From: Alphaproteobacteria bacterium
Lineage (GTDB): Bacteria; Pseudomonadota; Alphaproteobacteria; Rs-D84
Direction: 5' to 3'
DNA length: 64,000 nucleotides
Assembly: GCA_017463185.1 (NCBI GenBank)
Contig: JAFTPS010000014.1
Span: forward strand, 154,546-218,545
In this document: in pieces, positions 16,804 through 25,701 of the stretch
How the letters are laid out: every line of letters begins with the position of its first letter
How positions within the stretch are numbered: position 1 is the stretch's first letter
Position numbers and translations under genes: made by a program
Notes under the pieces: model-generated
Database searches by the model: none
Told to the model about the DNA's origin: nothing
Seen by the model: only the letters and a program-made list of their open reading frames with translations

Positions 16804-16884
16804 ACCCCGGCCTGCGCCGGGGTGACGATTAGTTATTTGTATATAGATTTTAGACTCGTCATACCGGCGTAGGCCGGTATCCAC
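16804..16884. repeat. Two GC-rich REP-like palindromes upstream of the GIY-YIG gene (ccccggc-ctgc-gccgggg; ataccggc-gtag-gccggtat)
   Basis: GC-rich hairpins in an AT-rich context. Homologous hairpins flank the second GIY-YIG paralog at 63552-63577 and 63968-63997. Confidence 0.5.
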
Positions 16885-16939
16885 TGCGTTCTTGATAGTC
16901 CTTGCACTTGAATATAAAAAACAATAAAATTAAATTATT

Positions 16940-17254
16940 ATGAAATCTGGTGGTTGGATTTATATTTTATCAAATAAAAAAATGGGTACTTTGTATGTTG
17001 GTTCAACAACCGATTTAGTTGGACGAACATGGCAACATAAAAATCGTTGGATTCCTGGTTTTACATCCAAATACAATATTGATAAACTGGTGTATTATGA
17101 ATGGCATGACAGTCTTGAAAATATGGTTTTGCGTGAACGTCAAATAAAAGAATGGAAACGTGCATGGAAATTAAGACTAATAATAGATTTTAACCCCGAT
17201 TGGCTTGATTTATATAATGAGTTGTTAACTAAATCAGGCTATATCCCAGAATAA
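16940..17254 (+). CDS. GIY-YIG nuclease family protein (UPF0213/COG2827-like)
   Basis: GIY-YIG core ...GWIYILSNKKMGTLYVGSTTDLVGRTWQHKN... About 70% identical to the paralog at 63596-63910. Flanked by 24-bp direct repeats: caggaacacaatagaccccggcct at 16790-16813 and cacagaacacaatggactccggcct at 17261-17285. Confidence 0.75.
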   Translation: MKSGGWIYILSNKKMGTLYVGSTTDLVGRTWQHKNRWIPGFTSKYNIDKLVYYEWHDSLENMVLRERQIKEWKRAWKLRLIIDFNPDWLDLYNELLTKSGYIPE

Positions 17255-17343
17255 AAACATCACAGAACACAATGGACTCCGGCCTAGTATCACCCACAAA
17301 AATTTTCAATTTTTGCGGGACCCGAAGCCGGGGTTATGTGCAA

Positions 17344-17406
17344 TCACTACCCACTAACCACTTACACTAACCACTATAAAAATCCCGCCATTGGCAGGAT
17401 TTTTAT
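17344..17406 (+). ncRNA. Candidate small RNA 3' end: CA-rich motif (cactaaccacttacactaaccacta) followed by an intrinsic terminator; copy A
   Basis: A 33-nt motif nearly identical to 43881-43913, in both cases immediately followed by aaaaatccc-GC hairpin-tttt. No ORF is present. Confidence 0.3.
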
Positions 17407-18428
17407 ATATACCATTCAACTGTTTTTATAATGCCGGTATCAAATGTTTCATCAGCGCGCCACCCCAGCTCTGTTTCCAGTTTGGTTGCATCAATTGCAT
17501 ATCGGAAATCGTGACCGGCACGATCAGCAACAAATGTAATCAATTCTTCATACTTTTTGCCATCGGCGCGCGGACGCTTTTCATCCAGTATGGCACAGAT
17601 TGTTTTTACAATTGTAATATTGTTGCGTTCATTATGCCCGCCAATATTATATGTTTCACCTGCACGTCCTTTGTGGAAAATTAAATCAATTGCCTTGCAG
17701 TGGTCCAGCACATACAGCCAGTCACGAACATTTTCACCCCGTCCGTAAATAGGCAAAGGTTGCAATGCCAACGCTTTGCCAATAATATGCGGAATCAGTT
17801 TTTCATTATGCTGTTTTGGACCATAATTGTTGGAACAATTTGATGTTGTTACATTCATTCCATATGTATGATGATATGCGCGTACCAGAAAGTCAGACGA
17901 TGCTTTTGATGCTGAATATGGACTGTTTGGTGCGTATGGTGTATCCTCGCGGAACATACCAGTTGCGCCCAATGCGCCATAAACTTCATCTGTTGAAATA
18001 TGATGAAAACGTGCATCTTCATAGCCTGATTTTATTTTACCGGGCCCATCCATCCAATGCTTGCGTGCCGCATCCAGTAAATTAAAAGTTCCTATAATAT
18101 TAGTATTGATAAATGCGCGTGGTCCTTTTATAGAATTATCCACATGACTTTCTGCGGCAAAATGGATTACACCACGAATATCATTTTCTGTAAATAATTT
18201 TTCAATTAAATCCACATCGCAAATATCGCCCTGAACAAAAGTATAGTTGGGCATATTTTCACATTCACGCAAATTATCCAGATTTCCCGCATATGTCAGT
18301 TTATCCAGATTGATAATTTTATATTCGGGATATTTTTCACAAAAATATGGAACAAAATTAGAACCAATAAATCCCGCACCACCTGTGATTAAAATTGTTT
18401 TATACATTTTTCCAAACCTTTTTTCCAA
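17403..18428 (-). CDS. rfbB: dTDP-glucose 4,6-dehydratase
   Basis: TILITGGAGFIGSNFV Rossmann motif, the NLDKLTYAGNLDNL hallmark, and a YxxxK catalytic pair. The true start is probably the internal Met (MYKT) at 18407. Confidence 0.9.
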   Translation of the reverse strand: MEKRFGKMYKTILITGGAGFIGSNFVPYFCEKYPEYKIINLDKLTYAGNLDNLRECENMPNYTFVQGDICDVDLIEKLFTENDIRGVIHFAAESHVDNSIKGPRAFINTNIIGTFNLLDAARKHWMDGPGKIKSGYEDARFHHISTDEVYGALGATGMFREDTPYAPNSPYSASKASSDFLVRAYHHTYGMNVTTSNCSNNYGPKQHNEKLIPHIIGKALALQPLPIYGRGENVRDWLYVLDHCKAIDLIFHKGRAGETYNIGGHNERNNITIVKTICAILDEKRPRADGKKYEELITFVADRAGHDFRYAIDATKLETELGWRADETFDTGIIKTVEWYI

Positions 18429-19210
18429 TGTTGAATTTCAATACCAAAAGTCGTTTTAATTTTTTCTTTGTCTAAAACGCTGTAAAACGGGCGTACAGCA
18501 CGTGTTGGATATTGTGCGGACTTGATTGGGTTGACGCAACATTTAAGCCCCGACATATTCATAATTTCACACGCAAAATCATACCACGAACAAACCCCCA
18601 TATTTGTAAAATGATATATCCCGGAATTTTGTTCCGACATCTGTGGAATAATTTTTACAATTGCCGCGGCCAAATCGCCGGCAAACGTAGGTGTGCCTAT
18701 TTGATCAGCAACGACATTGATAGATTCTTTTTCTGCACCAAGTTTCCGCATAGTCTTTACAAAATTATTTCCGTGATTGCTGTACAGCCAAGCTGTGCGA
18801 ATAATAACCGCGCATTTTGCATTTTCCAATACCGCTAATTCACCGGCACGCTTTGTTTTTCCGTACACAGACACTGGATTTGTCGGCGCGTCGGCATCAT
18901 ATGGTGTATGCGCCGTTCCATCAAAGACATAGTCCGTGGAAATATGAATAATTTTTGCACCACTTTGTGCCAAGTTTCGCGGACCATCTGTATTTATTTT
19001 TGTTGCGATATCTATTTCGTCTTCGGCCCGGTCTACCGCCGTATAGGCGGCACAGTTGATAATTACATCAATATTATTTTCACGCACAAAATTTTTTACC
19101 GCCACCGCATCTGTGATATCCAGCATATCAACATCCGCACAAATCGCATCCGGCAACAGTTTTGCAATTTCCGTCCCCAGTTGCCCTTTACAACCCGTTA
19201 TCAGGTACAT
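18389..19210 (-). CDS. rfbD: dTDP-4-dehydrorhamnose reductase
   Basis: MYLITGCKGQLG N-terminus, 273 aa, positioned between rfbC and rfbB. Confidence 0.8.
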   Translation of the reverse strand: MYLITGCKGQLGTEIAKLLPDAICADVDMLDITDAVAVKNFVRENNIDVIINCAAYTAVDRAEDEIDIATKINTDGPRNLAQSGAKIIHISTDYVFDGTAHTPYDADAPTNPVSVYGKTKRAGELAVLENAKCAVIIRTAWLYSNHGNNFVKTMRKLGAEKESINVVADQIGTPTFAGDLAAAIVKIIPQMSEQNSGIYHFTNMGVCSWYDFACEIMNMSGLKCCVNPIKSAQYPTRAVRPFYSVLDKEKIKTTFGIEIQHWKKGLEKCIKQF

Positions 19211-19739
19211 CTTTTAACCCCTTGGCTTGTCTGTCTTTGTCACTTGTAATAATTTTATCGGCCGGCACGCGCCAATCCACCCCAATATCTGGGTCATCAA
19301 AACGAATACCAAATTCTGCCCCTGGCGCATACAGATTATCACACTTGTACGCAAATACCGCCGTATCGGACAGTACCGAAAACCCATGCAAAAATCCGCG
19401 TGGAATAAAAAGTTGACGTTTATTTTCGTCTGATAATTCAACGGCTACATATTTACCAAATGTTGGCGAATTTTTACGAATATCAACGGCTACATCTAAT
19501 ACACATCCCGATAATACGCGCACCAGTTTTGCTTGGGCGTGTTCCCCCAGTTGACAATGCAGACCGCGTACAACGCCGTATGTGGATTTAGATTGATTAT
19601 CCTGGACGAATTTATTTGGAATACCATTTTTGATAAATTCAGCTTCGTTATAACTTTCAAAGAAATATCCGCGTGCATCGGTAAATACGCGTGGTTCAAC
19701 GATTATAACGCCGTCTATTTCTGTTTTAATAAAGTTCAT
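19188..19739 (-). CDS. rfbC: dTDP-4-dehydrorhamnose 3,5-epimerase
   Basis: 183-aa cupin with ...DARGYFFESY...GLHCQ... motifs. Confidence 0.85.
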   Translation of the reverse strand: MNFIKTEIDGVIIVEPRVFTDARGYFFESYNEAEFIKNGIPNKFVQDNQSKSTYGVVRGLHCQLGEHAQAKLVRVLSGCVLDVAVDIRKNSPTFGKYVAVELSDENKRQLFIPRGFLHGFSVLSDTAVFAYKCDNLYAPGAEFGIRFDDPDIGVDWRVPADKIITSDKDRQAKGLKDVPDNGL

Positions 19740-20613
19740 GTTTTTCCTCGTATACTTTCTGCAAATAATCTTTATAATTCCCGGCTTTTAATTCGTTTAT
19801 CAAATCCAGCATTTGTGTGTCATTGATAAAACCTTGTTTGTATGCAATCTCTTCTATACAGGCGATTTTAAGGCCTTGACGTTGTTCAATAATCTGAACA
19901 AATTGCCCGGATTCCATTAAACTATCTGGTGTTCCTGCATCCAACCAGGCATTTCCACGTCTCATTGGGACAACGGACATACGCCCCTCGCGCAGGTATT
20001 CATTATTCAAATCTGTTATTTCCAATTCGCCGCGTTGTGATGGTGTTAAATTGCGGGCACGTGCCACAACATCGCCCGGATAGAAATACAGTCCCACCGA
20101 CGCATAATTTGATTTTGGATTTTTGGGTTTTTCTTCTATGGAAATGGCGCGATGGCTTTTATCAAATTCAACAACACCGAATCTTTCTGGGTCAGATACA
20201 TGGTACGCAAATATGGTTGCACATTTGCCGGCGTTTTTGGCAACCTCTGCCTGAAAAGACGGCAGTTGTCCACCCATATAGAAAATATTATCCCCCAGAA
20301 TTAAACATACATCATCTGTGCCGATAAAATCTGCCCCAATCGTAAAAGCCTGGGCGATACCTTTGGGTTCTGGTTGTACGGCATATTGAATATTTAATCC
20401 GATTTTTTTACCATCCCCAAACAGTTTTTCAATATTCGGCGTATCCTGGGGCGTGGAAATAATCAAAATATCACGAATCCCGAACATCATCAGTGTTGAT
20501 AACGGATAATAAATCATAGGTTTATCATATACCGGCAATAATTGCTTAGATGTAGTTTTTGTCAGCGGGTAAAGGCGTGTCCCACTGCCCCCCGCCAGGA
20601 TAATTCCTTTCAT
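19726..20613 (-). CDS. rfbA: Glucose-1-phosphate thymidylyltransferase
   Basis: MKGIILAGGSGTRLYPLT signature. 295 aa. Confidence 0.9.
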   Translation of the reverse strand: MKGIILAGGSGTRLYPLTKTTSKQLLPVYDKPMIYYPLSTLMMFGIRDILIISTPQDTPNIEKLFGDGKKIGLNIQYAVQPEPKGIAQAFTIGADFIGTDDVCLILGDNIFYMGGQLPSFQAEVAKNAGKCATIFAYHVSDPERFGVVEFDKSHRAISIEEKPKNPKSNYASVGLYFYPGDVVARARNLTPSQRGELEITDLNNEYLREGRMSVVPMRRGNAWLDAGTPDSLMESGQFVQIIEQRQGLKIACIEEIAYKQGFINDTQMLDLINELKAGNYKDYLQKVYEEKHELY

Positions 20614-20687
20614 AAAGCATCCTTTTTATTGTTTGAAGTTCAAAGAACAGTTTGATATTAGTCAAAAGATATATATAAATCAACCGA

Positions 20688-22307
20688 TTAAATATTCATT
20701 AGTTTATCTAACTTTTCCTGGGCGGATATTATATCGCTGTCAACGGCGCAAATCTGCGTACGCACAGATTCGTCACCACCCAATAATTGGGCCGTCAATT
20801 CACGCTTTTGTATATTCAGTTTTTCCAAATATCGCTGAATTTTTAAAGATACAATATATTTTTCCGCTGCTGTTTTATCAAATGTCAAATCCGCCGCCAC
20901 ACCATCAAAATCAATGTTTAGTGTTCCTAAAAATTCCATATACTGTTCGGCCAATTCTGGAAAATTATTTACAATATAAATCAGTGTACCTTTTGTAATC
21001 GCGTCAACATCCGGCAAAGCAATATTGACCGCGGAATTATTTTTTTTCCATTTATGCCATGAATTAAATTTGCGCGCGTTGTATTCTTTCTCAAATTCAG
21101 ATTTAAGGTCAGGGTCTGCAATTTTTTCTAATTCTTTTTTCAGGAATTTTTCCGCTTGGCTGCGTCCCCCGGGGGTTGATACAACAAAATTTTTATTTGC
21201 TAATTCCCATAAAAAATCAACCAATGGCATAGCGTCATCAATAATTTTGCGCATAGCATCCACGCCACCGGTTTTAAGTATTTCATCTGGGTCTTTGCCA
21301 CCACTAACAAAAGCAAATCTTACATCTGATGTATCACGCAAAAACGGCATCATAATACCGCACGCACGTCCAGCCGCCTTTTGCCCTGCCCCGTCCCCAT
21401 CAAAACAAAATGTAATATTGCGATTTGATTTACAAAGTAATGCAATATGGTCCTCAGTCAAAGCTGTTCCCAATGGTGCAACCGTTTCAGGAAATCCATT
21501 TGTTTGCATTTTTATTGCGTCTATTTGTCCCTCTACCACGATGGTGCGATTAGCGCGATGAATTGCATCGCGTGCAAAGTTTAATCCAAACACGGTTTTA
21601 CGCTTGTGGAAAATATCGGTATCAGTTGTATTTATATATTTGGGCTCAGACCCATCCAAACTGCGTCCAGAAAAGGCAACAATTTTGCCGTTTGCATTAA
21701 ATATAGGAAACATCAATTTATCGCGGAAAAAATCATACATACCATAATCGCTGCGCCGACACAGCCCCGAATCAATCAGGTGCCGTGAATTTGCATATTT
21801 GTTTGCAATAATATTATTTTTTGGTGCATACCCGATACGATATTTTTTTATCAGTTCATCAGAAAATCCACGATTTCGTGCGTATGCAAGGGCATGCGCC
21901 CCATCGTCAGTAAATAATTTTTCCGCATATGTTTGTGCGGCGCGTTCGCATATATCAAATAAACTTTCCTCGCGTTCAACAATGCGTGGGTCGCGTGGTT
22001 TATAGTCCGGCATTTTTAAGCCAGCCTGATTTGCTAATTCACTAATCGCCGCTTTAAAATCCATATTATTATGTTTCATTGTGAACGATATAATATCACC
22101 GTGTTCACCACAACCAAAACAGTGATAAAATCCCTTTTCTTCGTTCACAGAAAAACTGGGGGTTTTTTCATTATGAAACGGACAGCATCCCCAATAATTT
22201 TGTCCCTTGCGCGTCAAAGGCACAACGCGTCCAACAACATCAACCACAGACAGGCGCGCACGCAGTTCATCGGTAAAGTTGGAATAGTTGTACTTGCCAG
22301 ATGCCAT
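20688..22307 (-). CDS. dnaG: DNA primase
   Basis: Zinc-binding CPFHNEKTPSF...CFGCGEHGD motif, a TOPRIM core, 539 aa. Confidence 0.9.
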   Translation of the reverse strand: MASGKYNYSNFTDELRARLSVVDVVGRVVPLTRKGQNYWGCCPFHNEKTPSFSVNEEKGFYHCFGCGEHGDIISFTMKHNNMDFKAAISELANQAGLKMPDYKPRDPRIVEREESLFDICERAAQTYAEKLFTDDGAHALAYARNRGFSDELIKKYRIGYAPKNNIIANKYANSRHLIDSGLCRRSDYGMYDFFRDKLMFPIFNANGKIVAFSGRSLDGSEPKYINTTDTDIFHKRKTVFGLNFARDAIHRANRTIVVEGQIDAIKMQTNGFPETVAPLGTALTEDHIALLCKSNRNITFCFDGDGAGQKAAGRACGIMMPFLRDTSDVRFAFVSGGKDPDEILKTGGVDAMRKIIDDAMPLVDFLWELANKNFVVSTPGGRSQAEKFLKKELEKIADPDLKSEFEKEYNARKFNSWHKWKKNNSAVNIALPDVDAITKGTLIYIVNNFPELAEQYMEFLGTLNIDFDGVAADLTFDKTAAEKYIVSLKIQRYLEKLNIQKRELTAQLLGGDESVRTQICAVDSDIISAQEKLDKLMNI

Positions 22308-24550
22308 TATTTTTTCTTAGCCTTTTTGTTTATCATATCAATTGCTGTTTCTAAATCAGGTTGCGTTGCAACCGATACATTTACACGATTTGATGAAATA
22401 TACGGACCGTAACGTCCCGTTGGATAAAAGAAAATCATCTTTTTGGTTTCGGGGTTTTCTCCGATTTTTATTGGTTCGGCTTTTTTGCCTGCATTTGCCA
22501 ATAATTCACGTGCCGCATCCAGTGTGATTGTTTCTGCGGTGTATTGTTTGGCCGCAACATTTTTTGCACCATCGGTCACATATGGGCCAAATTTTCCAAC
22601 ACGAAATTCTATTCCGTCCCCCAGTTCAACCGCATCAGATTGCACTGTTTGTGGTTTTACATCACTGTTTTTTGTATTTTGTTCATTGTTTTTTAGTTGT
22701 TTAGTATATTTACAGTTTGGATATTTTTCACAACCAATAAACGGTCCAAACTTAGATAGTTTTATCCCCAATTTACCACCACATTCTGGGCATATATCAT
22801 TACCATCCGCGAACAAGTGATTGTGCATAAATATGTTTATTTCATCAATAATATCGGATGTTTTTATTCCACGTGCGCCATCAATCATACCACTGGTTGG
22901 TTCCCAGAAATTCTTCAGTGCAATTATTTTATCCTGTTTTCCATTTGAAACATCGTCCAATGTATCTTCTGTTTTTGCGGTAAAGTTCACATCCACCAAA
23001 TCTGTAAAATATTTGTTCAGATATGATGCGATAACCCATCCGCCACTTGTTGGGTGAAAGCGGCGTTGTTTATCCTGTTCCACATAAGCACGGTCAACAA
23101 TTGTTGACATAATTGTTGCATATGTTGAAGGACGACCAATCCCCAGTTCTTCTAATTTTTTTACCAATGATGCTTCGGTATACCGTGGTGGTGCCTGTGT
23201 AAAGTGCTGTTCGGGGATAATTTCAGAAACGGCAATTTTATCGCCAATATTCAATGATGGTAATTTTGCTTCTTTTTTATCATCTTCATCATCTTTATCC
23301 TCGGTATAAACTTTCATAAAACCATCAAATGTGCGCGTAGACCCGACCGCGTGAAATATTGCAATTTTATTTTCTGTTTCAATATCAGCAGCAACCGAAT
23401 CAAATTCAGCATTTTTCATCTGACAGGCGATTGTTCTTTTCCAGATAAGATTGTATAACTTTGCCTCGTCCCCAGATAAATTTTTTGCAGGTCCTTCAAA
23501 ATGTGTTGGGCGAATAGCTTCGTGTGCTTCTTGTGCGTTTTTAGATTTTGTTGCGTAAACATTTGGTGTTTTTGGCACAAAGTTTTCACCGTATTCACGC
23601 GCAATAAAGCCGCGGATTTCATTTACCGCGTCCGCATTCAGGTTTGTTGCATCGGTACGCATATATGTAATCAACCCTTGTTCATACAGGTGTTGAGCCG
23701 CACTCATTGTGCGTTTTGATGCAAAGTATAATTTACGCGCCGCTTCCTGTTGCAGGGTAGATGTTGTAAAAGGTGCGGCTGGTTTTCGTGTGGTCTTTTT
23801 CTTTTCAATATTGATAACGGATGCTGCGATTTCAGGCGTACCTATTTTACCCAAAATATCATCAACCATTGATTTGTTTTCAATGGTCATTTTTTCAATT
23901 TTTTGTCCATTGAATTTTACTAATCCTGCATTGAACATTTGTTCTTTGTTCTTTGCACATTGCGCATTGACAGACCAATATTCAATGGGCTTAAAACTTT
24001 CTATTTCTTTTTCGCGATCAACGACCAATTTTACAGCCACCGATTGCACGCGTCCCGCAGATTTTCCCAGATTTCTGCGCCATAATAATGGTGAAATACC
24101 AAACCCAATCAGGTAATCTAACGCCCGCCGCACCAGATACGCATCAACCAAATCTTGGTCTATTTCACGTGGATTGGCAATGGCTTCTTGGACAGCTTTT
24201 TTTGTGATTTCATGAAAAGCTACACGATATACTTTTTTATCTTTTAATAATTTTTTGTTTTTTAATATATCTAATAAATGCCATGCAATGGCCTCGCCCT
24301 CGCGGTCAGGGTCGCTTGCTAAATATACGGCATCGGCTTTTTTTAATTCTTCGGTAATAAGTTTTATTTGTTTTTCTTTACCCGGCATAATTTGCCATTT
24401 CATTGCAAAATTATTTTCCGTATCAACACTGCCATTTTCCGGCACTAAATCGCGCACGTGACCAACCGACGCAATCACGCGCCACCCATTGCCCAGGTAT
24501 TTTTCAATGGTCTTTGCTTTTGACGGAGATTCCACAATCAGTAAATTCAT
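22307..24550 (-). CDS. topA: DNA topoisomerase I
   Basis: Start taken at MNLLIVESPSKAKTIEKYLG (TOPRIM). C-terminal zinc ribbons CPECGG...CEKYPNC. The ORF-track N-terminal extension is likely spurious. Confidence 0.9.
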   Translation of the reverse strand: MNLLIVESPSKAKTIEKYLGNGWRVIASVGHVRDLVPENGSVDTENNFAMKWQIMPGKEKQIKLITEELKKADAVYLASDPDREGEAIAWHLLDILKNKKLLKDKKVYRVAFHEITKKAVQEAIANPREIDQDLVDAYLVRRALDYLIGFGISPLLWRRNLGKSAGRVQSVAVKLVVDREKEIESFKPIEYWSVNAQCAKNKEQMFNAGLVKFNGQKIEKMTIENKSMVDDILGKIGTPEIAASVINIEKKKTTRKPAAPFTTSTLQQEAARKLYFASKRTMSAAQHLYEQGLITYMRTDATNLNADAVNEIRGFIAREYGENFVPKTPNVYATKSKNAQEAHEAIRPTHFEGPAKNLSGDEAKLYNLIWKRTIACQMKNAEFDSVAADIETENKIAIFHAVGSTRTFDGFMKVYTEDKDDEDDKKEAKLPSLNIGDKIAVSEIIPEQHFTQAPPRYTEASLVKKLEELGIGRPSTYATIMSTIVDRAYVEQDKQRRFHPTSGGWVIASYLNKYFTDLVDVNFTAKTEDTLDDVSNGKQDKIIALKNFWEPTSGMIDGARGIKTSDIIDEINIFMHNHLFADGNDICPECGGKLGIKLSKFGPFIGCEKYPNCKYTKQLKNNEQNTKNSDVKPQTVQSDAVELGDGIEFRVGKFGPYVTDGAKNVAAKQYTAETITLDAARELLANAGKKAEPIKIGENPETKKMIFFYPTGRYGPYISSNRVNVSVATQPDLETAIDMINKKAKKK

Positions 24551-24554
24551 TTCC

Positions 24555-25700
24555 CTAACTTCCTTTGGCAGATAATTGTTGGTCTTTGTGAATATGCGCG
24601 TTTTGGCACAGTCCGAACCCAAACATCAGTGATAACAGACTGCTGCCGCCAAACGACATCAGCGGCAACGGCACGCCAACGGTTGGCAATAATCCCAAAA
24701 CCATAGAGATATTTATAAAGTAATAAATAAAAAAGTTCAACATAAAACCAAAACAGATTAGTTGCCCAAACCGATTGCGACATGTTTTTGCCGCCCAAAA
24801 CAATGCGATAATAATCCATGAGTATACAGCCAATAATCCAAATGCGCCAATAAATCCAAATTCTTCGCCCAGCATAGTGAAAATAAAATCGGTCTGTTTT
24901 TCCGGCAGGAAAGATTGCTGGGATTGCGAACCGTTCATATATCCTTTGCCAGTGATACCACCGCTGCCAAAAGCGATTTTAGCCTGGGTTATTTGATAGC
25001 CTGCGCCCTGAACATCGCTGTCGGGATTTACAAATGTAATCACGCGTTGACGCTGGTAATCGTGCATACCACCAAACCAGATAACCGGGGCCGCCATACA
25101 TCCTAATATTGCCGCAATAATAAACCACTTTTTATTTGCCCCAACAATATAGAACACTCCAACAGTAATCATCCCCAACGACAGGGCTGTTCCCAAATCA
25201 GGTTGTGCAACAATTAAACCAAATGGCACCAAGAGCATCAATCCCGGCACCAGATAATTTTTAAATTGTGATAATTCCACCGAATTAAACCACGCAAAAT
25301 ATCGCGCCAATGCCAATACCAGTGCAATTTTAATCAATTCAGACGGCTGAATATGAATAATCCCCAGATTTAACCACCGCTGCGCCCCCATACCCGTATG
25401 CCCAACAAATGTCACCAAAATAATCATAATCAGTGCAATGGCATAAATCAGATATGCGGATTTTAACCATGTCTTGATATTTGTAAATGCCGCAAAAAAG
25501 AAAACACCAAACCCCAGCAATATTTTCATCAACTGTGAAAACGCAAAGGGTCGCCAATTACCGCCACCGGCCGAATACAGCACCACAATTGATATCGCCA
25601 GCACCATACACATAGGCACAAACAGTCCCCACGAAAAACGCGACAGTTTTTCCGACAATGTCATCATATTTGCATTTGAAACGCGGGTCTGGCGTGCCAT
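24555..25700 (-). CDS. mrdB: Peptidoglycan glycosyltransferase RodA (SEDS family)
   Basis: 381-aa polytopic FtsW/RodA-family protein, adjacent to the PBP2 and mreCD genes. Confidence 0.85.
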   Translation of the reverse strand: MARQTRVSNANMMTLSEKLSRFSWGLFVPMCMVLAISIVVLYSAGGGNWRPFAFSQLMKILLGFGVFFFAAFTNIKTWLKSAYLIYAIALIMIILVTFVGHTGMGAQRWLNLGIIHIQPSELIKIALVLALARYFAWFNSVELSQFKNYLVPGLMLLVPFGLIVAQPDLGTALSLGMITVGVFYIVGANKKWFIIAAILGCMAAPVIWFGGMHDYQRQRVITFVNPDSDVQGAGYQITQAKIAFGSGGITGKGYMNGSQSQQSFLPEKQTDFIFTMLGEEFGFIGAFGLLAVYSWIIIALFWAAKTCRNRFGQLICFGFMLNFFIYYFINISMVLGLLPTVGVPLPLMSFGGSSLLSLMFGFGLCQNAHIHKDQQLSAKGS

Positions 25701-25701
25701 T

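Noticed and set aside
24547-24819. N-terminal extensions of topA (to 24622), mrdA (to 27534), der (to 45310), pnp (from 36567), parB (from 58864), rsmG (from 57245), TPR protein (to 57399) and GIY-YIG-2 (to 63994)
   Set aside because: The extended N-termini lack homology to family N-termini. They overlap upstream genes or structured elements, and internal Met codons restore canonical N-terminal motifs and tight gene packing.
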